Assembly (NCBI GenBank): GCA_030705825.1
Contig: JAUZPR010000004.1
Location: 222-64,221, forward strand
Direction: 5' to 3'
DNA length: 64,000 bases
Source: Bacillota bacterium
Lineage (GTDB): Bacteria; Bacillota; Clostridia; Acetivibrionales; JANLFN01
The notes under the pieces: generated by a model
What the model was told of the DNA's origin: nothing
The model's database searches: none
The model's input: only the letters and a program-made list of their open reading frames with translations
Position numbers and translations under genes: made by a program
Shown: positions 27,149 through 35,996 of the stretch, piece after piece
Layout of the letters: every line of letters begins with the position of its first letter
Numbering within the stretch: position 1 is the first letter of the stretch

Positions 27149-27880
27149 ATGCAAAAAAATTTAAATAAAATAACCGGAAAGCACAGCTTCAGGAATATAA
27201 CGCAGGAAATTGAGCGTGCACAGGAGATTATAGAAAGTCAGAATTTTGAAATAAGAAAGAACCTGAAAAAATACAACGATTTGATAGAACAACACAGGCA
27301 AATAGTATATAAAACAAGGTATGATTTACTGACAAGACAAATTTCACTTAATATTACATCAAAAAGATGTCCTGAACGATATATGCTGTTAAGTGAAAAG
27401 TACGGTGAAGGGGTACCAATAGAGGCGGAAAGGAGAATAGCCCTGCACTTCATAAATGAATGCTGGGAGGAATACCTTGGTTATGCAGCTTATATCCGTG
27501 AAGGCATCCATCTTGTAAATGTGGCTGGAACAGACCCATATACTGTATTTAACAGGGAAATCAGCAAGGCCTTCGAGGATATGCAGGAAAAAATTATTGA
27601 GAGTACAGTCGATGTTTTTAACTCGGCTGAGATAGATGAAAACGGAATAGATATTGAAAAGGAAGGTTTAAAAGGACCGTCGGCTACATGGACATATATA
27701 GTGGATGACAGCTCTGAACAGCTTGGCATACTAAAACTTCTCGGAAATCCAATTTCATACACCAATCCGGTTTTTATCCCGCTTTTGATAATTACAGGTA
27801 TAATTAACAGGTTTGTCACAAGGAAAAAGGCTTTGAAGAAAAGCGGATATTGGCAGGAGAATCAGGAGGATTCATTATGA
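27149..27880 (+). CDS. Stand-alone paralog of the SecA C-terminal (helical scaffold/wing-like) module, with a hydrophobic tail.
   Basis: Strong RBS GAAGGAGG. The 243-aa product aligns by eye along its length with the last roughly 215 aa of the downstream SecA-like protein. Examples: QNFEIRKNLKKY vs QNFDIRRNLKKY; YIREGIHLV in both; IDENGI.(I/L)EKEGLKGPS(A/S)TWTYI(V/I)DD. The stop TGA overlaps the downstream ATG (ATGA at 27877-27880). Confidence 0.75.
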   Translation: MQKNLNKITGKHSFRNITQEIERAQEIIESQNFEIRKNLKKYNDLIEQHRQIVYKTRYDLLTRQISLNITSKRCPERYMLLSEKYGEGVPIEAERRIALHFINECWEEYLGYAAYIREGIHLVNVAGTDPYTVFNREISKAFEDMQEKIIESTVDVFNSAEIDENGIDIEKEGLKGPSATWTYIVDDSSEQLGILKLLGNPISYTNPVFIPLLIITGIINRFVTRKKALKKSGYWQENQEDSL

Positions 27881-30282
27881 AAATAAATAAGATAGATTTT
27901 AAAAAATTGGCAAGGCAGCTTAAGTACAAGCACGTCGAATTTGATACTGAAAGCTATGTAAGTTTACTGGAGGAAATAAACAGCTACAATTTTGAGTCAA
28001 ATGACGACTCAAGCCTTAAAGAAATGTCGCAGAAGTTAAAATGGAAAGTGTCACAGGGAGAAGCACTTGACCGACTGCTTCCAGAGACCTACGCTGTTGT
28101 CAGGGAAATGTCGGCGAGGGTGTTGGGTATGAGACATTTTGATGTACAAGTATTGGCAGGTATAGCTATGCATTATGGTAATATTGTGGAAATGCAGACA
28201 GGAGAAGGAAAAACCCTGGCTGCCGTATTGCCTGCCTGCCTAAATGCTTTAACCGGAAAAGGAGTTCATATACTTACCTTCAACGACTACCTTGCAAAAC
28301 GGGATGCTGAGTGGATGGGCCCTGTTTACAGGATGTTCGGACTCAGCGTAGGTTATGTTCAGGAAAAAATGAGTCCGGAGCAGCGCAGAAAGGCATATGA
28401 ATGCGATATAACCTATCTTACTGCACGCGAATCAGGATTTGATTATATCAGGGATTTTTTATGCACCGATGAGAGGCAGCTTATCCTAAAACCATATAAT
28501 TTTGCCATAGTAGACGAGGCTGACTCCATAATGATTGATGAAGCCCGGGTCCCTCTTGTGATAGCAGGAAAAATGGACGAAGATCAAAATACACCTCAAC
28601 TGATGGCTGATATAGTAAAGGGTATGACGTTCGGCCAGGACTATGATACTGATGAATACAGCAGGAATGTTTATCTGACAGATGCCGGCACTCATAAGGC
28701 TGAAAAGCTGCTTAACTGCGGGAATCTGTATCTGCCTGCGAATATATGGCTGCTGACGGCTTTGAATAGTGCACTTCACGCTCAAGCACTTTTAAAACGG
28801 GAAAAGGACTATATCGTAAGAAATGGGAAGATAGAAATCATCGATGAATTTACTGGGAGAATAGCTGAAAAACGGCATTGGCCCGATGGCCTTCAATCGG
28901 CTGTTGAAGCCAAGGAGGGCTTAAAATCAGATTCCAGGGGCAGGATATTGAATTCCATAACAATGCAGGATTTCCTCAAGCTTTATCCCAAACTGTGCGG
29001 AATGACAGGTACTGCAAAGTCTGCTTCGGATGAATTCTTTGAATTCTATGGACTCAATGTGGCAGTTATTCCGACAAATAAGCCATGCATCAGGATTGAT
29101 CATCCGGATATGATTTTTACACATACCGAAGCTAAAATAAATGCACTTGTAAAGGAAATAAAACAAGTGCATGATACCGGCCGTCCAATACTTATAGGTA
29201 CGTTGACAGTGGAAGAATCCGAGCGGCTGGAGAAGGCTCTTAAATCTGCCGGTGTTGAGTGTCAGGTACTTAATGCAAAAAACGACGAGCTTGAGGCAAA
29301 GATCATTACAAATGCCGGAAAGTTGGGAGCTGTGACGGTATCAACAAATATGGCAGGCAGAGGTGCAGACATAAAACTGGGCGGGGAAAATGAAGAGGAG
29401 CACGATAGAGTTGCGGAACTGGGAGGTTTATATGTTATAGGCACCAACAGACATGAGAGCATGAGAATTGACAATCAATTGAAAGGAAGAGCCGGAAGAC
29501 AGGGAGATCCGGGAAGCACAAGATTTTTTATTAGTCTTGAAGATGATCTGATGATCCGGTATAGGCTTAAGGACCTTATACCTCCCAAATATTATCCCTC
29601 AAAACAGGATGATCCGATAGACGGTGATATATTGGGACGTGAAATTTCAAGTGCACAGAAAATAATTGACGGCCAGAATTTTGATATAAGAAGAAATCTT
29701 AAAAAGTACACAATTATACTTGAACAGCAGAGGCAGATAATCCACAAAAGGCGATATGAAGTTCTAACTGGAAGGCAGCCTATGCAAATTCTGGAGAACA
29801 GGTCGCCTGTACGTTACGCTGAATTAAAGAGATCTATAGGGGAGGATATTCTTAAAAAGGTAGAAAAGCTGCTTGCCCTGTACTATATGAACAGATGCTG
29901 GGAGGATTATCTGGATTATGTGGGTTATATCCGTGAGGGTATACATCTTGTGGCTATTGCAGGCAAGGATCCCCAGTTGGAATTTCACCAGAAAGTAATA
30001 GCGGCTTTTAATGAAATGCAGGAAAGCATAATTTCGAGTATGGTAGATAAATTCAACAGTGCAAAAATCGATGAAAATGGTATAAATCTCGAAAAGGAAG
30101 GGCTTAAAGGACCGTCATCCACCTGGACATATATTATAGATGACGGAACAGAACAATTCGGGATGCTTAAGATGTTGGGTGATACGGCTGCCATGGCTGC
30201 CGGTGCATTCCTTATACCTCTGTCCATGCTTTATGGAGTGTTCAACAAGAATTCAAACAGGAGAAAAATCTATAAAATTTAA
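27877..30282 (+). CDS. secA: SecA-family preprotein translocase ATPase, SecA2-like (short preprotein-binding region, no C-terminal zinc finger).
   Basis: ATG 27877 lies 7 nt after AGGAGGA. Motifs: VLGMRHFDVQ, EMQTGEGKTL (Walker A), GKGVHILTFNDYLAKRD, AIVDEADSIMIDEARVPLVI (DEAD), GMTGTA, TNMAGRGADIKLGG, GRAGRQGDPG. Confidence 0.85.
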   Translation: MKINKIDFKKLARQLKYKHVEFDTESYVSLLEEINSYNFESNDDSSLKEMSQKLKWKVSQGEALDRLLPETYAVVREMSARVLGMRHFDVQVLAGIAMHYGNIVEMQTGEGKTLAAVLPACLNALTGKGVHILTFNDYLAKRDAEWMGPVYRMFGLSVGYVQEKMSPEQRRKAYECDITYLTARESGFDYIRDFLCTDERQLILKPYNFAIVDEADSIMIDEARVPLVIAGKMDEDQNTPQLMADIVKGMTFGQDYDTDEYSRNVYLTDAGTHKAEKLLNCGNLYLPANIWLLTALNSALHAQALLKREKDYIVRNGKIEIIDEFTGRIAEKRHWPDGLQSAVEAKEGLKSDSRGRILNSITMQDFLKLYPKLCGMTGTAKSASDEFFEFYGLNVAVIPTNKPCIRIDHPDMIFTHTEAKINALVKEIKQVHDTGRPILIGTLTVEESERLEKALKSAGVECQVLNAKNDELEAKIITNAGKLGAVTVSTNMAGRGADIKLGGENEEEHDRVAELGGLYVIGTNRHESMRIDNQLKGRAGRQGDPGSTRFFISLEDDLMIRYRLKDLIPPKYYPSKQDDPIDGDILGREISSAQKIIDGQNFDIRRNLKKYTIILEQQRQIIHKRRYEVLTGRQPMQILENRSPVRYAELKRSIGEDILKKVEKLLALYYMNRCWEDYLDYVGYIREGIHLVAIAGKDPQLEFHQKVIAAFNEMQESIISSMVDKFNSAKIDENGINLEKEGLKGPSSTWTYIIDDGTEQFGMLKMLGDTAAMAAGAFLIPLSMLYGVFNKNSNRRKIYKI

Positions 30283-30456
30283 AAAAATTAATTTTTTTTG
30301 AGTACTTTTTACAGAATTTACGTATAATCAGTTGAAGACAAAAATTAGTCCTGATTTTTAAGCGCTTCACGTCAGAATGTATGTTGACGTTGCAAAATTT
30401 GATATGCATTCTCGATTTAATTTTTGGTCGTCGAAAAACTTGTTTGGAGGGAAAAC

Positions 30457-30972
30457 ATGCGTAAGGAGAATTTGTTTGCCGGTATTTTTTTTATAGTCAT
30501 CGGTTGTGCACTTTTAATTGCCAACTATGTTTTCAATATTAATATTTTTCATTTTGGATCGGGTGATTTTTGGCCTTTTATAGTACTTGCAGTAGGAGTA
30601 ATTTTTGAAATGTCCTACTTTACATCCAGAAGGGCGCCAGGCTTACTTGTACCCGGAGGAATAATTACGGTTTGCAGCTTGCTTTTCATGTTTGAGGTGG
30701 CAACCAAATGGGATTTTTCAGAATATACCTGGCCTGTGTACATATTGGCAGTAACTTTCGGTTTGTTCCAGCTGTATGCCTTCGGCAGCAGAAGTAAGGG
30801 ACTGTTTCTGACTGTTATGATTCTTACAGCGGTCACAGCTCTTTCGGCAGTTCTTGTTATTCTCCAGGGCCTTTCGAATTGGGCAGACTTCGGCAGTGTC
30901 GCAATTGCGGCAATTCTAATAATATTCGGCTTGATTGTTCTGTTTGGACGTAAAAACAAGGGAAGAACGTAA
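30457..30972 (+). CDS. Hypothetical integral membrane protein (5-6 TM).
   Basis: ATG 30457 lies after GGAGGG. Almost entirely hydrophobic. No motif recognised. Confidence 0.6.
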   Translation: MRKENLFAGIFFIVIGCALLIANYVFNINIFHFGSGDFWPFIVLAVGVIFEMSYFTSRRAPGLLVPGGIITVCSLLFMFEVATKWDFSEYTWPVYILAVTFGLFQLYAFGSRSKGLFLTVMILTAVTALSAVLVILQGLSNWADFGSVAIAAILIIFGLIVLFGRKNKGRT

Positions 30973-31036
30973 GCAGCTTAGTTAAAACGATTTTTTAGAA
31001 TAAAGTATTGGAAATACATTTAAGATGAAAATTTTT

Positions 31037-31080
31037 AAAGGCTCAATAAAAGGATACCTTCTATTGAGCCTTTAATTTTT
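31037..31080. terminator. Bidirectional intrinsic terminator.
   Basis: aaaggctcaata (31037-31048) pairs perfectly with tattgagccttt (31062-31073). T-runs are available on both strands. Confidence 0.75.
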
Positions 31081-31091
31081 AGGTCTTTAGC

Positions 31092-32189
31092 CTATTTAGT
31101 AAATGAAATTGGGTTACCTATGTTGTTATTGTTGATGTCTTCTAATTGTATTGATATTCCACAGCCCGCCTTGATACCTGAGGGTAGGGTTATTTCAAAA
31201 GAAGACTCGCCGTTTCCGGGTGGAACAGTACAAATAAACTGTTGGGATTGCTGGATTGGGGATTTTGAAACAAAATAAGTTGCACCGTTACCAATAACAG
31301 TTATTTTCACAATATAGGTATCATCAGTTGTAACAGGTTGACCTTGACTATCCTTTAAGATTAATGTGAGTCTGCTTGTTGAATTCTCAGCCAGAGGCCT
31401 GTCCAGTGAAACAACAGAATTAATGTGATCAACTGAAGAATTTTTTGCAGAAGTAATTTTGATTGATTTAAATGCAACAACCTTATCAGATTTATCCACT
31501 TCAATTATATTTAGATAACTGCTGTTTGGTCCGAACTTATCTACTTCCGAATCAATTCTAACAACATAATCAGAAGGTCGATTTACTCCTACAGCAGCCA
31601 ATTCATTTATTTGTGATGTATTAAGTGAAGAATAGTATGTGTGTCCATTTTGCAGAGGTTTAAACGATAGTTTATAAAAGCCGGCATATTGTGATTCAAT
31701 CTGTGTAACCTGTTGTGACAAGGAAACGCTGGAAGCTGGTTTGCCTGAAGTTACTATTAAGGTTTTGGTTTTGGAGTCATAATTAGATTTAAACCCCAGT
31801 ATTTCTAATACCATTCTTGTTGGTAGATATTGTTTACCGTTAAATGACACGGATTCGGTATCATTAAGAATTCTAAATCCATTTTTATAAATATATAAGG
31901 TACCCATTGGTATTTCCAATTTAATTCCATTCTTTTCTGCAGTTGCAGTCTTTTTCCCGGAATCCCATCTTACCTTGGCACCGGCTTTTTCTAATGTCGC
32001 TGTAACAGGCACCAGAATTCTCCCTTTAGTATCAATATAAGGATATCCTGTACTGTTGTTATAGCTCACATACTGCCCGTTAATTTTAACTTTGGGCACC
32101 GTAGTCTGTGCATTTATAAATCCAAAGCTAAAAATGAGAAAAATGATACTAACAAGAAAACAATAAATTGAAAAGCGGTTTTTTGACAT
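31092..32189 (-). CDS. Secreted protein with a copper-amine-oxidase N-terminal-like (stalk) domain.
   Basis: ATG 32189 lies after GGGGGGA. Signal-like segment FLVSIIFLIFSFGFINAQ. KINGQYV...YIDTKGRILVPV...LEKAGAKVRWD...NGK.YLP.R resembles the Cu_amine_oxidN1 domain common in Clostridia. Confidence 0.65.
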   Translation of the reverse strand: MSKNRFSIYCFLVSIIFLIFSFGFINAQTTVPKVKINGQYVSYNNSTGYPYIDTKGRILVPVTATLEKAGAKVRWDSGKKTATAEKNGIKLEIPMGTLYIYKNGFRILNDTESVSFNGKQYLPTRMVLEILGFKSNYDSKTKTLIVTSGKPASSVSLSQQVTQIESQYAGFYKLSFKPLQNGHTYYSSLNTSQINELAAVGVNRPSDYVVRIDSEVDKFGPNSSYLNIIEVDKSDKVVAFKSIKITSAKNSSVDHINSVVSLDRPLAENSTSRLTLILKDSQGQPVTTDDTYIVKITVIGNGATYFVSKSPIQQSQQFICTVPPGNGESSFEITLPSGIKAGCGISIQLEDINNNNIGNPISFTK

Positions 32190-32411
32190 GTTTGAAGTCC
32201 CCCCCAAGTATAAATATTCAAATATGAGGCTTGCTGATTTCATTTTAAAACTAAGTTATTATATTTACTATTATATATTAACATTATTGACAAAAAGTAT
32301 CAATTATGGACTCTATTTGTTAATGTATATTTTTTGAATATTGCATATTGTTATTAACTCCCCTAATTTGTGGTATAATATGGTGCGTATGTACAAGGAT
32401 TTCAGGAGGAA

Positions 32412-33284
32412 ATGGAATTGATAGCTGCTGATGATTGGAAGGACTATGAACTTTTAGATACAGGTGATGGTGAAAGGCTTGAAAGATGGGGAAAGATAAT
32501 TCTCAGGCGGCCCGATCCTCAAATAATATGGCCCCGTGCAGGTGGAGAAAAACTATGGGCCAAGGCTGATGCTCATTATCATAGGAGCCAGAGCGGAGGG
32601 GGCCAGTGGGAGTATATTAACAAGATTCCTGAAAAGTGGACTGTTTCTTATGGTAAGCTCTCATTTAATATAAAACCTACGGATTTTAAACATACAGGAC
32701 TTTTCCCCGAACAGGCTGCCAACTGGAAATGGATAATGGATAAAATCAAATCGTCATCCAAACAGGCAAATATACTCAATCTTTTTGCATATACCGGCGG
32801 CGCAACTGTTGCTGCCGCATATGCCGGTGCCGAGGTTTGTCATGTTGATGCTTCAAAGGGTATGGTAGGCTGGGCCAAGGATAACATTAATCTGTCGGGT
32901 TTGGGAGAAAAGCCGGTTAGATTTATAACCGACGATGTTATCAAGTTCGTTCAAAGGGAAAAAAGAAGAGGACATTTATATGACGGAATAATAATGGACC
33001 CTCCATCCTACGGGAGAGGACCAAAGGGTGAAGTATGGAAAATAGAAGATGCTTTGTATGGGTTTGTTGAAGAATGTGCAGGAATACTGTCTGATAATCC
33101 GCTGTTTTTCCTTATTAATTCATATACGACAGGATTTTCTCCGACAGTGCTTGAAAATGTACTAAAGCTGCTTGCAGGCAGAAAATTCGGAGGTTCGGTA
33201 AGCTGCGGCGAAGTTGGAATCCCCATTACCGCATCAAAGCTAATTTTGCCCTGCGGCATATACGGACGTTGGGAAAAAATATAG
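32412..33284 (+). CDS. Class I SAM-dependent (rRNA-type) methyltransferase.
   Basis: NLFAYTGGATVAAA (SAM motif I), HVDASK and IIMDPPSYGRG (motif IV). The layout resembles RlmI/RlmK-type C5/N2 RNA methyltransferases. Confidence 0.75.
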   Translation: MELIAADDWKDYELLDTGDGERLERWGKIILRRPDPQIIWPRAGGEKLWAKADAHYHRSQSGGGQWEYINKIPEKWTVSYGKLSFNIKPTDFKHTGLFPEQAANWKWIMDKIKSSSKQANILNLFAYTGGATVAAAYAGAEVCHVDASKGMVGWAKDNINLSGLGEKPVRFITDDVIKFVQREKRRGHLYDGIIMDPPSYGRGPKGEVWKIEDALYGFVEECAGILSDNPLFFLINSYTTGFSPTVLENVLKLLAGRKFGGSVSCGEVGIPITASKLILPCGIYGRWEKI

Positions 33285-33286
33285 AA

Positions 33287-33314
33287 GTTCGGAGTTAAGA
33301 GTTCGGAGTTCAGG
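33287..33314 (+). repeat. Four tandem GTTNRGR heptamers (GTTCGGA GTTAAGA GTTCGGA GTTCAGG), the same family as the array at 42449.
   Basis: Read directly. Starts 3 nt after the methyltransferase stop codon. Confidence 0.8.
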
Positions 33315-33479
33315 GTGTTACTTGTAGGGGCGGCTGCCCACAGCCGCCCGTTTAGGATATGGGTATAGGGAACGGCGCCACGTGTTTCTGTATATATCGG
33401 GGCAGATTCCATATCTGCCTGGGTAAAGAACCAGGGTAATAAATTCCCTTCCCACAATGCGATGGGGGAAGGGCCAGGG

Positions 33480-34172
33480 ATGAGGGTTAGGAATTTGAAA
33501 GCTGAAGACATTAAGATTATATATGAAGATAATCATCTGCTTGTAGTTGAAAAACCGGTAAATATTCCTTCCCAGGAAGATGAGTCGGGCGATGCCGATA
33601 TGCTTACCCTTCTCAAAGAGTATATTAAAAACGCCTGCAATAAGCCGGGAAATGTTTACCTTGGCCTGGTACACAGGCTTGACAGGCCTGTAGGCGGAGC
33701 CATGGTTTTTGCAAAAACCTCAAAGGCTGCTTCGCGCCTGTCAGAGCAAATAAGATCGAGGGAATTTAAAAAGACATATCTTGCAGTAGTTAACGGGGCA
33801 CCCGCAAAGCATGGAAGTTTAAAAAACTATCTTTATAAAGATAATAAAACCAATATTGTAAGTATCGTGAATGAAGGCAAGGAAGGGGCAAAGCTTGCCC
33901 TTTTGGATTATGAAGTGGTATCATCTGTTAATAATTTAAGTCTTGTCAAAATAAATTTAAATACAGGTCGTTCACATCAGATTCGCGTTCAATTTGCAGG
34001 TATAGGAAATGCTCTTTACGGAGACAGAAAATATGGAGTAAATTCAAGTAAGGACGGGCAACAGCTGGCTTTATGGTCTACAAGCATTTCTCTGGCACAT
34101 CCTACGTTAAAAGAAGTAATGACTTTCTCAAGCAACCCGCCTCGTGTATATCCATGGGATATGTTTATTTAA
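33480..34172 (+). CDS. RluA-family pseudouridine synthase.
   Basis: IIYEDNHLLVVEKP and LVHRLDRPVGGAMVFAKT (HRLD catalytic motif), plus GRSHQIRVQ. The start is uncertain: ATG 33480 follows GGAAGGG, and ATG 33462 is the alternative. Confidence 0.8.
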   Translation: MRVRNLKAEDIKIIYEDNHLLVVEKPVNIPSQEDESGDADMLTLLKEYIKNACNKPGNVYLGLVHRLDRPVGGAMVFAKTSKAASRLSEQIRSREFKKTYLAVVNGAPAKHGSLKNYLYKDNKTNIVSIVNEGKEGAKLALLDYEVVSSVNNLSLVKINLNTGRSHQIRVQFAGIGNALYGDRKYGVNSSKDGQQLALWSTSISLAHPTLKEVMTFSSNPPRVYPWDMFI

Positions 34173-34296
34173 TATCTATTTTTTTACCCAGACTTTTGGT
34201 AGTAAAAAAATTTTTTTGTGGGATTATAATTGTATGGATCAAAAAAGGAACCCGATGAAATAGGGTTTATTTGGCCGCACCTGAAAGGAGTTTTTT

Positions 34297-34644
34297 ATGG
34301 ACCAAAACAGGAACAACATAATTGAGTCACTTACAGAGCTTGAAAAGATGGAAAAGGATAAATGCAGCCTCCCTCTGATATTTGCAGAGGTTTTTAAGGA
34401 TGAAATGAACGCAAACGAGGAACATAAGCTGTATAACGGATTTGTCAGGCTGATACACAAGTATTCGGAGGACAAAAAGTCGCTGGATGTAATAAATGAA
34501 TATACCAGGGTGATTTCTGGCGGAACATCGCTGGAAGAAATACTGCAGGTTACAAAAGATGAAGCCGCTGAACCGACGGTAATTTCGGATATTGTGGTAG
34601 ATAACAGCTGCTCAAGGCAGGAGGAATGGGACAAACAGAAGTAG
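34297..34644 (+). CDS. Hypothetical acidic protein.
   Basis: Good RBS AAAGGAG 8 nt upstream. 115 aa. No motif recognised. Confidence 0.55.
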   Translation: MDQNRNNIIESLTELEKMEKDKCSLPLIFAEVFKDEMNANEEHKLYNGFVRLIHKYSEDKKSLDVINEYTRVISGGTSLEEILQVTKDEAAEPTVISDIVVDNSCSRQEEWDKQK

Positions 34645-34746
34645 GAAAGTTTTGTATAAGTCAAAGAGTTATGATACTATATGAACAAGATTATACAGAT
34701 AAAATAAACGCATTTGCATTTAATTTTTGCGGTTTACGAGGTATAT

Positions 34747-35928
34747 ATGTCTAAGATACATCTTATAGCAACATCGGCATTCGGAATTGAAGCAGTTGTA
34801 GGACGTGAACTCAGGAACCTGGGATACGAAGACCAGTCTGTGGAGAATGGCAGAGTAATTTTCAGCGGTGATGAAAAAGCGATATGTAAAACCAACCTTT
34901 GGCTTAGAACTGCCGAAAGGGTACTGGTGAGAGTAGGAGAATTTACAGCACTGTCTTTTGAAGAACTGTTCGAGAAAACAAAAGCACTACCATGGGATGA
35001 ATGGATTCCTGAGAATGCTGAATTTCCTGTTGAAGGTAAATCCATAAATTCCAAACTGTTCAGTGTGCCCGATTGTCAGGCTATTGTTAAAAAAGCTGTT
35101 GTAGAAAAGTTAAGACAAAAGTACAACCGCCAGTGGTTCGATGAGACCGGACCCCGTTATGTTATAGAAATTTCACTGCTTAAGGATGTTGCTACACTTA
35201 CTATAGATACCAGCGGTGCAGGACTTCATAAAAGAGGATACAGAAAGCTTGTAGGAGAAGCCCCATTAAAGGAAACCCTGGCCTCCGCAATGCTGCTAAT
35301 AAGCAGATGGAACAAGGACAGAGTCCTTATCGACCCTTTTTGCGGTACAGGTACAATACCCATTGAAGCAGCATTAATAGGACGCAATATAGCTCCCGGG
35401 TTAAACAGGGAATTTGTTTCCGAACAATGGCCTTCGATACCAAAAAAGCTTTGGACCGAAGCAAGAGAAGAAGCCAGGAATATGTCTGTTCCTGAAAGGG
35501 AATTGATAATACACGGTTATGATATAAGTGAAGATGCAATCAGCCTTGCAAGATACCATACCAAGCAGGCAGGTGTTGAAGACTGTATTCATTTGCAGAG
35601 AAGGGCTGTTGCCGATTTAAGCACAAAATACAAATATGGTGTTATAATGTGTAATCCGCCATACGGAGAACGCCTCGGCGAAATAAAAGAAGTGGAAAAG
35701 CTTTACAAACAAATGGGAACAGTAATTCGTCCGCTTGACACCTGGTCTTACTACATAATATCTTCACATCCCGAATTTGAAAGATTATTCGGAAAAAGGG
35801 CGGATAAAAAAAGGAAGCTTTACAACGGTAGGATCCAGTGTAATTACTATCAGTATTTCGGACCTGTACCACCCAGAAAGAAACCGGAGTTGCCGGCTGA
35901 ACAGCCTGCCGGTGTAAAAAACGATTGA
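34747..35928 (+). CDS. THUMP-domain class I SAM-dependent RNA methyltransferase (RlmL/YpsC-like).
   Basis: MSKIHLIATSAFGIEAVVGRELRNLGY (ferredoxin-like/THUMP N-terminus). DPFCGTGTIPIEAA (motif I). MCNPPYGERL (NPPY motif IV). Confidence 0.8.
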   Translation: MSKIHLIATSAFGIEAVVGRELRNLGYEDQSVENGRVIFSGDEKAICKTNLWLRTAERVLVRVGEFTALSFEELFEKTKALPWDEWIPENAEFPVEGKSINSKLFSVPDCQAIVKKAVVEKLRQKYNRQWFDETGPRYVIEISLLKDVATLTIDTSGAGLHKRGYRKLVGEAPLKETLASAMLLISRWNKDRVLIDPFCGTGTIPIEAALIGRNIAPGLNREFVSEQWPSIPKKLWTEAREEARNMSVPERELIIHGYDISEDAISLARYHTKQAGVEDCIHLQRRAVADLSTKYKYGVIMCNPPYGERLGEIKEVEKLYKQMGTVIRPLDTWSYYIISSHPEFERLFGKRADKKRKLYNGRIQCNYYQYFGPVPPRKKPELPAEQPAGVKND

Positions 35929-35996
35929 CTTGTAATGTAGCTTAACTTATTATTTATTAATAATAAAGCTTGTAGAACGGTAGAAAGGAAAGCAAT

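Noticed and set aside
27149-27880. SecA C-terminal paralog considered as a decaying pseudogene from a partial tandem duplication.
   Set aside because: The frame is intact over 243 codons, it has one of the best RBSs in the window, and its stop is fused to the downstream start (ATGA). It is kept as a real gene and flagged as a finding.
30283-30302. aaaaaaattaatttttttt palindrome after secA, considered as a terminator.
   Set aside because: The stem would be A:T pairs only, which is too weak to call an intrinsic terminator.
33008-33674. Two minus-strand ORFs (167 and 118 aa) crossing the GC-rich intergenic element.
   Set aside because: Both run antisense into the methyltransferase or RluA genes and have no RBS. 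The open frames are probably a by-product of the G/C-rich repeats. The region is reported as a non-coding structured element instead.
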